Source: a virus
Taxonomy: Duplodnaviria; Caudoviricetes
DNA length: 52,171 nucleotides
Strand: one strand, 5' to 3'
IMG/VR virus record: IMGVR_UViG_3300016474_000658
Span: 1 to 52,171 of that record
Shown here: positions 1 through 8,973 of the stretch, piece after piece
Layout: every line of letters begins with the position of its first letter
How positions within the stretch are numbered: the stretch's first letter is position 1
The notes under the pieces: generated by a model
Told to the model about the DNA's origin: nothing
Databases searched by the model: none
What the model saw: only the letters and a program-made list of their open reading frames with translations
Made by a program: the position numbers and the translations under genes

Positions 1-192
1 AACAATAATAATATAAAAAAATCATATGAAGAATATTATGATTTTACTTTAACGCAATTAAAGTTATGGGGAATAAAGTTTCATAGCCTATATCTAGGCA
101 AACCATCTGGTGATTATTATATTGATGATAAAGGAATGAAAGATGAAGAATTCTTTGGAAATAAAATTTGTACAGAAGGGATGGGGATTTGA
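1..192 (+). CDS. HAD-superfamily phosphatase (capsule-biosynthesis-like), 5'-truncated by window edge
   Basis: Frame 1 open from base 1 to TGA 190-192, reading ...TQLKLWGIKFHSLYLGKPSGDYYIDDKG...; GKP and YIDDK match HAD motifs III/IV. Not in ORF track. Confidence 0.7.
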   Translation, partial: NNNNIKKSYEEYYDFTLTQLKLWGIKFHSLYLGKPSGDYYIDDKGMKDEEFFGNKICTEGMGI

Positions 193-502
193 GAAGTGGA
201 TAGTAAATTCAGAAAAATATTGTGGAAAATTACTATTTCTTGTAAAAGACAAGAGATGCTCGTGGCACTTCCATAAAATAAAGGATGAAGTTTTTTATAT
301 ACAATCAGGAAAGATATTAGTAAAATTCTCAGAAAATGATAATTTATCAGAGTCTAAAGAAATAGTTCTTTCCAAAGGAGACAGTTTTCATATTTATACT
401 GGATTACGTCATCAAATGATTGCTTTAGAAGATACAGAATTATTTGAATTTTCTACACAGCATTTTGAAGAAGATAGTTATCGTATCATAAAGGGAGATT
501 AG
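143..502 (+). CDS. Cupin-domain protein (sugar isomerase-like)
   Basis: KGWGFEKWIVN, YCGKLL, SWHFHKIKDEVFY and GLRHQM cupin metal-binding motifs. Confidence 0.85.
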   Translation: MKNSLEIKFVQKGWGFEKWIVNSEKYCGKLLFLVKDKRCSWHFHKIKDEVFYIQSGKILVKFSENDNLSESKEIVLSKGDSFHIYTGLRHQMIALEDTELFEFSTQHFEEDSYRIIKGD

Positions 503-505
503 TTT

Positions 506-1180
506 ATGAATAAAAAATTTGGAATTATTATAACTACTTTTAATAGATTTGAATATGCGTATAAAATGTTAGAATCTTTTAAAAAAAGTAATTTTTTACC
601 AAATACAATAATAAAAATATTTGATGATCATAGCGAAGATAAAAATTTGTTAGAGTATATTAACAACTATGAAATTAATGATGATAATGTGAAATTATAT
701 AAATATAGAAATAATTACAATCTTGGTTCAAAATTAAATTATCATAATTCAATACTAAATTTTGAAAATGAAGATATAGATTACTTAATAAATTTAGATT
801 CTGACTGTATACTTAATAAAAATTGGCTTTTAAAATTAAATGAATTAATTTATTATTTTAGTGAAGATCTAATATGTAGTAGTTTTTGCTGTAAATATCA
901 TCATGGTAATCCTGATAATAAATTACTGGAAATAGCAGAAGGATATTATGAAAGAGATACATTAAATGGTCTTGGCGTAGCCTTCCCAAAAAAAATAATA
1001 TCTGAATTTAAAACGATACCGCAACAGCATTTTGATGGTTTCCTATGCAAAGAGCTAAAACAAAAACACGGACTAAGATGCATATGCACCAGGGATAGTT
1101 ATATTCAGCATATAGGAAAATATGGAGTTCATAGCAATCCAGATACTTGTGATATATCTACAAATTTTATAGGAGAATAA
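506..1180 (+). CDS. Glycosyltransferase family 2 (GT-A fold)
   Basis: IIITTFNR, IFDDHS, NLG, DxD motif LDSD, late QHIG motif. Confidence 0.85.
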   Translation: MNKKFGIIITTFNRFEYAYKMLESFKKSNFLPNTIIKIFDDHSEDKNLLEYINNYEINDDNVKLYKYRNNYNLGSKLNYHNSILNFENEDIDYLINLDSDCILNKNWLLKLNELIYYFSEDLICSSFCCKYHHGNPDNKLLEIAEGYYERDTLNGLGVAFPKKIISEFKTIPQQHFDGFLCKELKQKHGLRCICTRDSYIQHIGKYGVHSNPDTCDISTNFIGE

Positions 1181-2296
1181 ATGGAAAATTTTACAAATGA
1201 AGAAAAAACGCAGCTTTATAGTACATGGGGAGACAAGCTTTTACAGCATACAGATGTGTTATATGATTTGCAAATTAATAAAATCATTAGACCAATCACT
1301 ATTCAATTAGCGCCGATTGAAGCATGTGATAGTGATTGTCCATTTTGTTCTGTCGCGGCTCGTCCAATAAAAAATAAAATAAAATTTGAAGAGATAATGC
1401 AGGTATTAAATGATTTTAAAAAATTAGGAGCAAAAAGTTTAGAGATAACTGGCGGTGGAAATCCATTACTTTATAGAGACGATTATCAAGGAAAAAAAGT
1501 AAATATTAATGATATTATTGATCTAGCATATAATTTGGGATATGATATAGGAATAATTACTAATACTCATAATTTTTCAAAAACATTGAATGAAAGTTCT
1601 TATGACAAGGTTAAATGGCTAAGAGTAAGCCTAATAAAGTTGGACGAAGGAATAAATCCCAAAGATTATAATTTTAATAATTTTCCCCAAAGTAAATTAG
1701 CATTTAGTTATATTATTTACGAAAGTACAGGAGAACTTCCAGATTTATTTTCAAGGACAAAAAAACCATATAAAGGAACTACTGTAGAAAGTATAAATAA
1801 AATGTCAGAGTTAGTATCTCTTTATCCTGATGTAAAATTTGTAAGAATAGCTGGCAATTGTTTAATAAAGGGCAATAACGCAGAAGTAAGATTAAGATGG
1901 CGAGATGTGATTAGAGAAATAGATAGACTAGATAAATTCTTTATTAAAGATATTGGATACGATGATGACCCTTATAAAAATGGATGTTATATTGGAGGAA
2001 TTAGACCTTATATTGCACCAAGTCCAGCCGGTGGAGAATATCAGGTATATATTTGCACTAGCCATGTTTTAAATAAAAGAAATTATGACTTAGATTATTC
2101 TCTTGGGTCCTCTAAAAATATTATAAATATTTGGAATAAAATGTCATTAAATTTGCAAAATAATTTGCCGCCTTATGAAATAAAAAACAACGGCGGAAAA
2201 AATTGGGATAATAGTTGTAAATACTGTTACTATAAGTTTAACAATAAATTGTTGTATACGGTAATATCAGAAATGCCTGATAAGAATTTTCCATAA
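1181..2296 (+). CDS. Radical SAM enzyme with C-terminal SPASM/twitch-like Cys cluster
   Basis: CxxxCxxC (CDSDCPFC), ITGGGNP, ITN; C-terminal CYIG...CTSH...CKYC. Confidence 0.9.
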   Translation: MENFTNEEKTQLYSTWGDKLLQHTDVLYDLQINKIIRPITIQLAPIEACDSDCPFCSVAARPIKNKIKFEEIMQVLNDFKKLGAKSLEITGGGNPLLYRDDYQGKKVNINDIIDLAYNLGYDIGIITNTHNFSKTLNESSYDKVKWLRVSLIKLDEGINPKDYNFNNFPQSKLAFSYIIYESTGELPDLFSRTKKPYKGTTVESINKMSELVSLYPDVKFVRIAGNCLIKGNNAEVRLRWRDVIREIDRLDKFFIKDIGYDDDPYKNGCYIGGIRPYIAPSPAGGEYQVYICTSHVLNKRNYDLDYSLGSSKNIINIWNKMSLNLQNNLPPYEIKNNGGKNWDNSCKYCYYKFNNKLLYTVISEMPDKNFP

Positions 2297-2312
2297 TCTT
2301 GGAATAAATAAA

Positions 2313-3002
2313 ATGAATATAAAAAAAATTTTTGTTTGTCATTATACAAAACTTCATGATAGAAAAATAAGCATGGATAAGCAGCTAAAAAATATTGATA
2401 TTTTTCACCAATTTATTACTGATTTTGATCAAGAAATGATAGACGAAAAAATTTATTATGATAATTTTGACGAAAAAATAAATTTTAAACACTCAAAAAG
2501 TATTTTTGTTTCACCTGGCTCTCCAGAAATGAATAAAACATTAAATAAAGGAGAATTATCAAATGCTTTAAAACATAAAAATATATTACAGATAATAAGC
2601 GAAGAATCAAAATTTGATGATGAAGATTATTTTTTAATTTTAGAGGATGACGTAATTTTTAAAAAACCTATTTCAAAAATAGAAGATACTATTATTTTCC
2701 TGAAAAATAATAGTATTGAGCATAATTTTATTTATTTTGGAGAAGCTTCGTTGTTAAAAGATAATGATGAGGAATTTTGTTTTTTAAAGGAAAATCCTTC
2801 TACAAATGGATTATGCACTTATGTAATAAATAAAAAAAGTGCAAAAATACTTTTTGAAGATTTACAAAAAGAAAAAATCTCTTTTCCAATGGATCATGAG
2901 TATAATTATAGATTTTTCAAAAATAATTTTAAAGTATTTTGGGCCACTCCAATAACCAAACACGGCAGTATAACAGGCCATTTCTGTTCATCAGTTAGAT
3001 AA
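2313..3002 (+). CDS. Glycosyltransferase family 25-like
   Basis: GELSNALKH, LILEDDV, YVINKKSA, PMDH motifs typical of GT25. Confidence 0.8.
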   Translation: MNIKKIFVCHYTKLHDRKISMDKQLKNIDIFHQFITDFDQEMIDEKIYYDNFDEKINFKHSKSIFVSPGSPEMNKTLNKGELSNALKHKNILQIISEESKFDDEDYFLILEDDVIFKKPISKIEDTIIFLKNNSIEHNFIYFGEASLLKDNDEEFCFLKENPSTNGLCTYVINKKSAKILFEDLQKEKISFPMDHEYNYRFFKNNFKVFWATPITKHGSITGHFCSSVR

Positions 3003-3009
3003 GGTAAAA

Positions 3010-3609
3010 ATGAAAGAAAAATATAATAAAGAATATTATACAACAAAAAATTATGAAAATTATTTAAATAAATGTGATAGATATCAAAAATTAGCAATTG
3101 AAATATTTGATTTATTTAATAAAATTTGCATATTACAGGAAAAAAAATCTAAAATTTTAGATTATGGATGTGCAGTAGGATTTTTGCTAGACGGAATTAG
3201 AAAAATAGGATATGATAATTTATATGCATATGACATCTCAGAATGGGCATTAAGTAGAATAAAAAATCATAAAATTTTAAAATATGAAGATATTTTTAAT
3301 AACAATTTTGATGCTACATTTATGTTAGATGTATTAGAGCATATGGAAGAAGATGAGATTAAAGATTTGCTATCAAAATTATCTTCTGAGATTATTATAG
3401 TGAGAATTCCTGTTGCATTAGAAACTGGAAAAAACTTTTTATTAGAAGTTTCCAGAGCAGATGACACTCATGTAAATTGTAAAACAAAATCAGAGTGGAT
3501 AAAAATATTTAAAGATTTCGGATATGATAGATTGCTTAAAATTAATTTAAACAATATATACGATTCTGACGGAGTATTTTGTGCAATTTTTTTTAAAAAT
3601 ATGGAATAA
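3010..3609 (+). CDS. Class I SAM-dependent methyltransferase
   Basis: ILDYGCAVG motif I, AYDISEWA, DVLEHM. Confidence 0.9.
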   Translation: MKEKYNKEYYTTKNYENYLNKCDRYQKLAIEIFDLFNKICILQEKKSKILDYGCAVGFLLDGIRKIGYDNLYAYDISEWALSRIKNHKILKYEDIFNNNFDATFMLDVLEHMEEDEIKDLLSKLSSEIIIVRIPVALETGKNFLLEVSRADDTHVNCKTKSEWIKIFKDFGYDRLLKINLNNIYDSDGVFCAIFFKNME

Positions 3610-3619
3610 GTAACAATTG

Positions 3620-3817
3620 ATGCAAATAGACTCACAAAAAAGAACTCTTCTAAAAGCAATACTATGGAGAATAATAGCAATAATTACAAGCTATCTTGTT
3701 TTAAGTATAAACTTAAATGATAACTTAGAAACTGCTATACTACTAAACACGATTACATTTTGTTTATATTATGTATTCGAAAGATTTTTTAACAAAGTAA
3801 AATGGGGTAAGGAGTAA
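3620..3817 (+). CDS. DUF2061-like small membrane protein
   Basis: DSQKRTLLKAILWRIIA ... LYYVFERFFNKVKWG; two hydrophobic segments. ATG at 3620 preferred over TTG at 3617. Confidence 0.7.
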   Translation: MQIDSQKRTLLKAILWRIIAIITSYLVLSINLNDNLETAILLNTITFCLYYVFERFFNKVKWGKE

Positions 3818-3819
3818 AA

Positions 3820-4053
3820 ATGAAACTATCAGTACAAGCACATGCAGCAATTATGTTTTGCTTACAAAAAGCAATTATGGAAGAAACAGATATTAGACCA
3901 CTTCTAGATAATCTAGATTTTGTTATTGACGATGACGTACCAGAATTTCTATATGTAACAAATCCACCTTCTTTTAAAGTAAGCGAAGAAATCAAGGAAG
4001 CTTTAAAAGATAAGGTTGTAATGAAGGATTCCGCCTTTAGCTGGGAGGACTAA
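3820..4053 (+). CDS. Hypothetical protein
   Basis: 77-aa ORF with AAGGAG upstream; stop overlaps next start. Confidence 0.7.
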   Translation: MKLSVQAHAAIMFCLQKAIMEETDIRPLLDNLDFVIDDDVPEFLYVTNPPSFKVSEEIKEALKDKVVMKDSAFSWED

Positions 4054-4424
4054 TGAGTTGTCCATCAGCGATTACGAAAAAGCCTTGGGGCCAAGAGAAA
4101 CTTGCTCTATTAACCAACAACTACGCTGCCAAAATTATAAGAATACACCCAGGAAAAAGATTATCTCTTCAGTATCACAAAGAGAAATCAGAATCAATAT
4201 ATGTTCTTGATGGAAAAATGGTTTTGGAAATCAAAGAAAATGATCATGAATACACGATAACCCTAGAAAAAGGAGATTCTCATGATATTCCTCCAAATAC
4301 GGTACATAGATTTAGCTGCCCAAGTGACGCTTGGGGCGTAGAGATTCTAGAGGTATCAACTCCGCACTTAGATGATGTAGTAAGGCTGGAAGATGATTTT
4401 GGGAGAGCAAATGCCAACGTATAA
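4053..4424 (+). CDS. Cupin-domain protein (mannose-6-phosphate isomerase C-terminal-like)
   Basis: KPWGQE, RLSLQYHKEKSE, IPPNTVHRF, EVSTPHLDDVVRLEDDFGR. Confidence 0.85.
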   Translation: MSCPSAITKKPWGQEKLALLTNNYAAKIIRIHPGKRLSLQYHKEKSESIYVLDGKMVLEIKENDHEYTITLEKGDSHDIPPNTVHRFSCPSDAWGVEILEVSTPHLDDVVRLEDDFGRANANV

Positions 4425-4659
4425 ATATAAATGTGATTATTGCTTCAAAGATTGGGAAGAGCATCACGGCTTTAATGAAGAACCAGAAATTTGCCCATTT
4501 TGTGAAGAAAAGAACATAAAAAAGGTTTATGATTTTGTATCTCAAGTTCCAAAAGAGCAATCCTTGGAAAGCCCAAAAAAGAAAGTTGGATCTAAAACCA
4601 GAGAGTTTATAGAACAAGCAAGACAAGAATTAAAAGAACATAGGGCACAATTAAAATGA
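4411..4659 (+). CDS. FmdB-family zinc ribbon protein
   Basis: MPTYKYKCDYC...CPFC; start moved to ATG 4411 behind GGGAGAG. Confidence 0.8.
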   Translation: MPTYKYKCDYCFKDWEEHHGFNEEPEICPFCEEKNIKKVYDFVSQVPKEQSLESPKKKVGSKTREFIEQARQELKEHRAQLK

Positions 4660-4943
4660 TATACTTACTTTTGTTTACATCAATTTTATTAAATGGTTTT
4701 TCTATTTGGTACGCATATAATCTATTAAAGGATAGAGTAGCTCTTGTTGAGCTGTTTAAAAAATTTTTACCAATAATAAAAGATTACGAGGTTCATTTAG
4801 AAACATTAACCAAGATGGATATGTATTTTGGTGATCCAACGCTAATGAATTTTGTTGAACACACCAAGAATGTAAGCAAAACTCTTAATGAAGCCATAGA
4901 ATCTATAGAGGTAGAAGAATCAGAAAATGACCAAGAAAAATGA
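4656..4943 (+). CDS. Hypothetical protein with N-terminal transmembrane helix
   Basis: MIYLLLFTSILLNGFSIWYAY hydrophobic N-terminus; ATGA overlap with upstream gene. Confidence 0.7.
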   Translation: MIYLLLFTSILLNGFSIWYAYNLLKDRVALVELFKKFLPIIKDYEVHLETLTKMDMYFGDPTLMNFVEHTKNVSKTLNEAIESIEVEESENDQEK

Positions 4944-5607
4944 AAATTATTATTTTACACAAGATCACGAAGACGCAATAATAAAATACGCTTTATCAAC
5001 TGATAAAGCTGTTAGAACAAAATTATACATAGAATATATACAGCCAGCATTTGATGAAATGGTTGATAAAATAATATTTACGTATAAGTTTAATACTCTT
5101 CCAAATATAGATCAGCTTCGTGAAGAATGTAAAATATGGTTAACAACGATTCTAGATAAGTATGACACAACAAAAGGCTCAAAAGCATTCTCATATTATT
5201 CAGTAATAACTAAAAATTGGTTTATACAAAATGTAAAAAAGAATTCTAAAGATAAGAGAAGAGAAATACCTATACAAGATGCAGAAAAAGAGTTAGATGA
5301 AAGCTCTGAGGCTTCTTTAAACGAATACGAAGATACAAGAGAGGCTAGAGAATTTTGGACTAGCCTTATGTCAGAAATAAATGCATGGGAACAAATGAAT
5401 CTAAAAGAAAACGAAAGAAAGGTATTGTCAGCAATTATACAGATTATTAATAACATGGATAACATAGAAATTTTTAACAAGAAGGCTATTTATTTATATA
5501 TAAGAGAGTTAACTGGATTAAATACCAAACAAGTTGTTAGCGGCCTAACAGGAATGAAAAATAAATATAGAAACTTTAAAGGAAACTGGGACAATGGCGA
5601 AATCTAA
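4927..5607 (+). CDS. Phage sigma-factor-like protein (T4 gp55-like late sigma)
   Basis: N-terminal YYFT, KYDTTKGSKAFSYYSVITKNWFI resembling sigma region 2, helical C-terminus; precedes structural genes. Confidence 0.65.
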   Translation: MTKKNENYYFTQDHEDAIIKYALSTDKAVRTKLYIEYIQPAFDEMVDKIIFTYKFNTLPNIDQLREECKIWLTTILDKYDTTKGSKAFSYYSVITKNWFIQNVKKNSKDKRREIPIQDAEKELDESSEASLNEYEDTREAREFWTSLMSEINAWEQMNLKENERKVLSAIIQIINNMDNIEIFNKKAIYLYIRELTGLNTKQVVSGLTGMKNKYRNFKGNWDNGEI

Positions 5608-5890
5608 CAATAGTGAAACAGAACTTTTGGAAGAAGCTATAACAAATATAAGAGAAGATAGAGATCTTACTTATGAACTCATTAACGAGCTAAGAGCTGA
5701 TCTGGCTGCAAGCAGGGTAAGTCATAAAGAAGTTGGATTTACAGCTGCCAAATACATGGAAACCTTACAAAGATCAAACGAACAACTTGTAAAGATTGTT
5801 TCAATAATTAAGAAAAAAAATACCAATGATTCACTAGATATAAGTGAAGAAGAAACACAAGAGTTGTTTGATATTATAAAGGATAAGTAA
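5594..5890 (+). CDS. Hypothetical helical protein
   Basis: 98-aa ORF overlapping the sigma-like gene; coiled-coil-like composition. Confidence 0.7.
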   Translation: MAKSNNSETELLEEAITNIREDRDLTYELINELRADLAASRVSHKEVGFTAAKYMETLQRSNEQLVKIVSIIKKKNTNDSLDISEEETQELFDIIKDK

Positions 5891-5893
5891 TGG

Positions 5894-8026
5894 ATGGCAA
5901 ATCAGGGAAAAACGCTTGTTAGAAAAGCACCAGCACAGCCAAATAATAGCCGAACAAAACCTGTAGGCAAGCACTCCGAGAAGATAGCAGTAAAGCCTAA
6001 TCTTCCGGTAGAAGAATTATTACAAGATTTTATCAGACAACAAATAGCGCCAAATTCAAATGACGGAAACAGCTATTATGTTGGACAAGTCGTAAAAGTA
6101 ATAAACAAAGATGATCCTAGTGTTTATATTTACGATATATTTGAAGATTCTTTGGTAAACGTAGAAAGATTCTCCAACGACTCAAATAAAAAAGAAAAAG
6201 AAAATACAATAAAGGTTTTGGTTCATATACCAGAGCTTTTTTCTATTGGCGAAGAAGTAATAAAACCAGACAATAAATTTATCGATGAGCTGCACTATTC
6301 TACCGCATTTAAGATTTTATATACTGGTAAAGACGCGATAGAAGAAGGAAACTTTGTTAAAGTTATCTTTAAGAATACTCATAGCTTTAAAGATCCAGAA
6401 ATAACTGCAATTTATAGATCTAATCAAAAATCTAATATAATTGATATCTCTAGAGATAAGATAAAGAAAGCATTTAAATCTGATTTAGATTGTAGAGTCG
6501 ATCAGCTTTCCGGAAGCAATCCAAATCCAGCAAATATAAATGTTGCGACTTTATCGACTCCTTCTCTTGGATATTATCAGTTTTTTAATAATCTTGAGCT
6601 TTTATTAACAGAAAGAGCCAAACAAAGCTTCTTAGTGAATTATATAGCTCCTGGACCAACAGATTCTGTATTTAAAAATTTAAATATTTCCATTTCTTGC
6701 TCAAAGAGAGTAGAATCTACCATTGGAAACAATAATATTGTAAAGAGTAAAATTAAAACAACTGAGGTTGACAATGACGAATATTTGATAAAAATAGAAA
6801 TGACTCATCCCGAAAGCAGCGTATTATCAAGGTTCTATACTTTTTTGGAGAAAAATCTTACAGCTTTACAATTTGCCTTTACTAATTCTGATATCTTTTC
6901 AAATGAAGGGAAGAACTGCAAAATAGATGTAGATATATTAGCATTTTCTGCGCAAAAGGGAGAAATTCCTAGTTTAGATGTATACTTAAAAAATAGTGAA
7001 GATTTAAAGAATAATGGAACACTAATCCTTGATAATCAAGATATAGTTGTACCAGAACAATCTTCAAATGTTATTTCTTCAAATACAACTTCTGATTTGT
7101 GTGATAATCAAGCGCCAGGAAATCCAGAACTTTACTTAGAACCAGATAGAAAATATCAAAAGTTTATTGATAAACTTTTACTTAATAAAAAAGAAGTTTC
7201 TTTACCATATGATTATGGATTTGAAGTTTTAAAGGCAGAAGACTTATTAAGTACAAGAGCACTTTATATATCTGGAGAAAAGATCTTAAATAAAGACAGG
7301 GAATCTTATTATACTTTTGATAACCTACAGAAAATTAATAAAAGTTTCTATAGCTTACCAGAAAGAATATTAAGAAAAAAGCAGCAGAATTCAAATATAG
7401 TATTGCCTACTTGTAATTCTAGCTATAATGATTCAAGAAAGCATTTTATAACAGAACAGGCTCTAAATTCTAGATTAGAAAAATTATCTTATTTTTTAAA
7501 TAAAATGAGAAATGAAATACAGAGAATTGAGCAAATTCCATTAAATAATGTTCTTATAGTTCCAATAAATGTTTTAAGAGCTAAAAAAAGACAATCTAAG
7601 GAATATGAATATTCAAGACACTTTTTTGGTTTAGCTGTTGATTTTGTTGTTTTTGTGAAATATGATAATAATATAATTAAACAAATACCAGCAGATGTTG
7701 TATATCTTTATTGCAGAAAAGTATCTGGTTCCGAAAAAACAAATACTGGAAATGGAATTTACCTTGGCGCAAACTACAATCACTTTGAATTTTTATTAGA
7801 TATATCTGGAGAAGAAGATCTGAAAGGATTTTTATCTAAGCTAAGAGATGATGAACGATCAAATGGTAGAATCTGGGTAGAGAAAGAAGAGTTGGATGGA
7901 GAGCTAAAAAACATTAACGAAAAGACGAGTGAAAAAGTAGAGGAAACTCTAATTAATTATATACTTAAGACCAAGGGCTCAATTCTTACGGGAATTACAG
8001 CCAATAAGATAATGAGATTATTATAA
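5894..8026 (+). CDS. Putative baseplate hub-associated protein with C-terminal peptidase M15-like domain
   Basis: SRHFFGLAVD and GNGIYLGANYNHFE give the H-x6-D...H zinc ligands; lies upstream of spike-like and gp25-like genes. Confidence 0.6.
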   Translation: MANQGKTLVRKAPAQPNNSRTKPVGKHSEKIAVKPNLPVEELLQDFIRQQIAPNSNDGNSYYVGQVVKVINKDDPSVYIYDIFEDSLVNVERFSNDSNKKEKENTIKVLVHIPELFSIGEEVIKPDNKFIDELHYSTAFKILYTGKDAIEEGNFVKVIFKNTHSFKDPEITAIYRSNQKSNIIDISRDKIKKAFKSDLDCRVDQLSGSNPNPANINVATLSTPSLGYYQFFNNLELLLTERAKQSFLVNYIAPGPTDSVFKNLNISISCSKRVESTIGNNNIVKSKIKTTEVDNDEYLIKIEMTHPESSVLSRFYTFLEKNLTALQFAFTNSDIFSNEGKNCKIDVDILAFSAQKGEIPSLDVYLKNSEDLKNNGTLILDNQDIVVPEQSSNVISSNTTSDLCDNQAPGNPELYLEPDRKYQKFIDKLLLNKKEVSLPYDYGFEVLKAEDLLSTRALYISGEKILNKDRESYYTFDNLQKINKSFYSLPERILRKKQQNSNIVLPTCNSSYNDSRKHFITEQALNSRLEKLSYFLNKMRNEIQRIEQIPLNNVLIVPINVLRAKKRQSKEYEYSRHFFGLAVDFVVFVKYDNNIIKQIPADVVYLYCRKVSGSEKTNTGNGIYLGANYNHFEFLLDISGEEDLKGFLSKLRDDERSNGRIWVEKEELDGELKNINEKTSEKVEETLINYILKTKGSILTGITANKIMRLL

Positions 8027-8973
8027 TGGCTCAAATACCAAATAGCTACAAAAATTCTGGAAAACCGATAGTTGGTTCTGTAGAAGATAGAGAATTCTGG
8101 GAAAAGAACAGAACTGGCATCAGAAAGCTAGAGGATAATGGCTTCTCAGAAGAACAGGCCATTAAAATTTTACGCTTTGAGAGTGGAGTTCCAGAATTAA
8201 GTGATTTTAATGAAAAACAAGATTTAAAATTACAACATAATAATAAATTTGGAATAGTTCTTATAAATGATACAAGAACCTCTAAGAAATATGATTTAAA
8301 GGCTGGTAAGTTTTCTATCTACATGGGAAATGGCATAGAGCCTTATTCTGATTCAAATGGAAATAGAGTAAAGTTTGATTCGACAGATGATGATCAGCCA
8401 TCAGTTGCTGCTCAATTCCACGTTTCTTCGTTATCTAATATTCCAATAAACAAATACGTTTTAAATGGGCAGACTTTATATAACAGATCTGCTATTTTAG
8501 GTAGAGCTGATGTTGTAGAGCTAAAGGGCAACGAGATGATTATCTTGAAGGCCGAAGGAAGGGGCAAGAATGCCCTTGGAATGAACACAGCGTCCAATAG
8601 GGGTGTGCATATCTATGCAGGCGACAACACGGCTCCTGGGGCCAGCAAATCGCAACCAATGGTATTAGGCAATAACCTACAGAAGACAATAGATTTGATC
8701 TATGAACAGATACAATCATTGAGCACAAACATTACAAATATAAACACAGAAATAATGCTTATGAAAACAGCATTGTCGATTCACTTTCACCCACCATTTG
8801 CACCACCATCTCCAACACTTGCACCGCAGTTCGTACCAGAGATGTTAACAAAGGATTTATTAAGAACCATCAACGCTTATGTAGATAAAATTAATCATAT
8901 CATTGAGAAGACTAATAGAACTCTGCCTGTATCAAAAACTTATGTTCTTAGCAGACATAACACGGTGAACTAA
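8026..8973 (+). CDS. Putative baseplate spike / gp5 C-terminal-like protein
   Basis: Beta-rich middle, QPMVLGNNL, HFH metal-tip-like motif near C-terminus, position in baseplate cluster. Confidence 0.55.
   Translation: MAQIPNSYKNSGKPIVGSVEDREFWEKNRTGIRKLEDNGFSEEQAIKILRFESGVPELSDFNEKQDLKLQHNNKFGIVLINDTRTSKKYDLKAGKFSIYMGNGIEPYSDSNGNRVKFDSTDDDQPSVAAQFHVSSLSNIPINKYVLNGQTLYNRSAILGRADVVELKGNEMIILKAEGRGKNALGMNTASNRGVHIYAGDNTAPGASKSQPMVLGNNLQKTIDLIYEQIQSLSTNITNINTEIMLMKTALSIHFHPPFAPPSPTLAPQFVPEMLTKDLLRTINAYVDKINHIIEKTNRTLPVSKTYVLSRHNTVN

Noticed and set aside
4393-4410. Upstream ATG for the zinc-ribbon gene
   Set aside because: FmdB-type proteins begin MPxYxY; ATG 4411 has an SD-like GGGAGAG.
5594-5890. 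Terminase small subunit call for this ORF or for 40736..41326
   Set aside because: Size or position are suggestive only; no recognisable motif.
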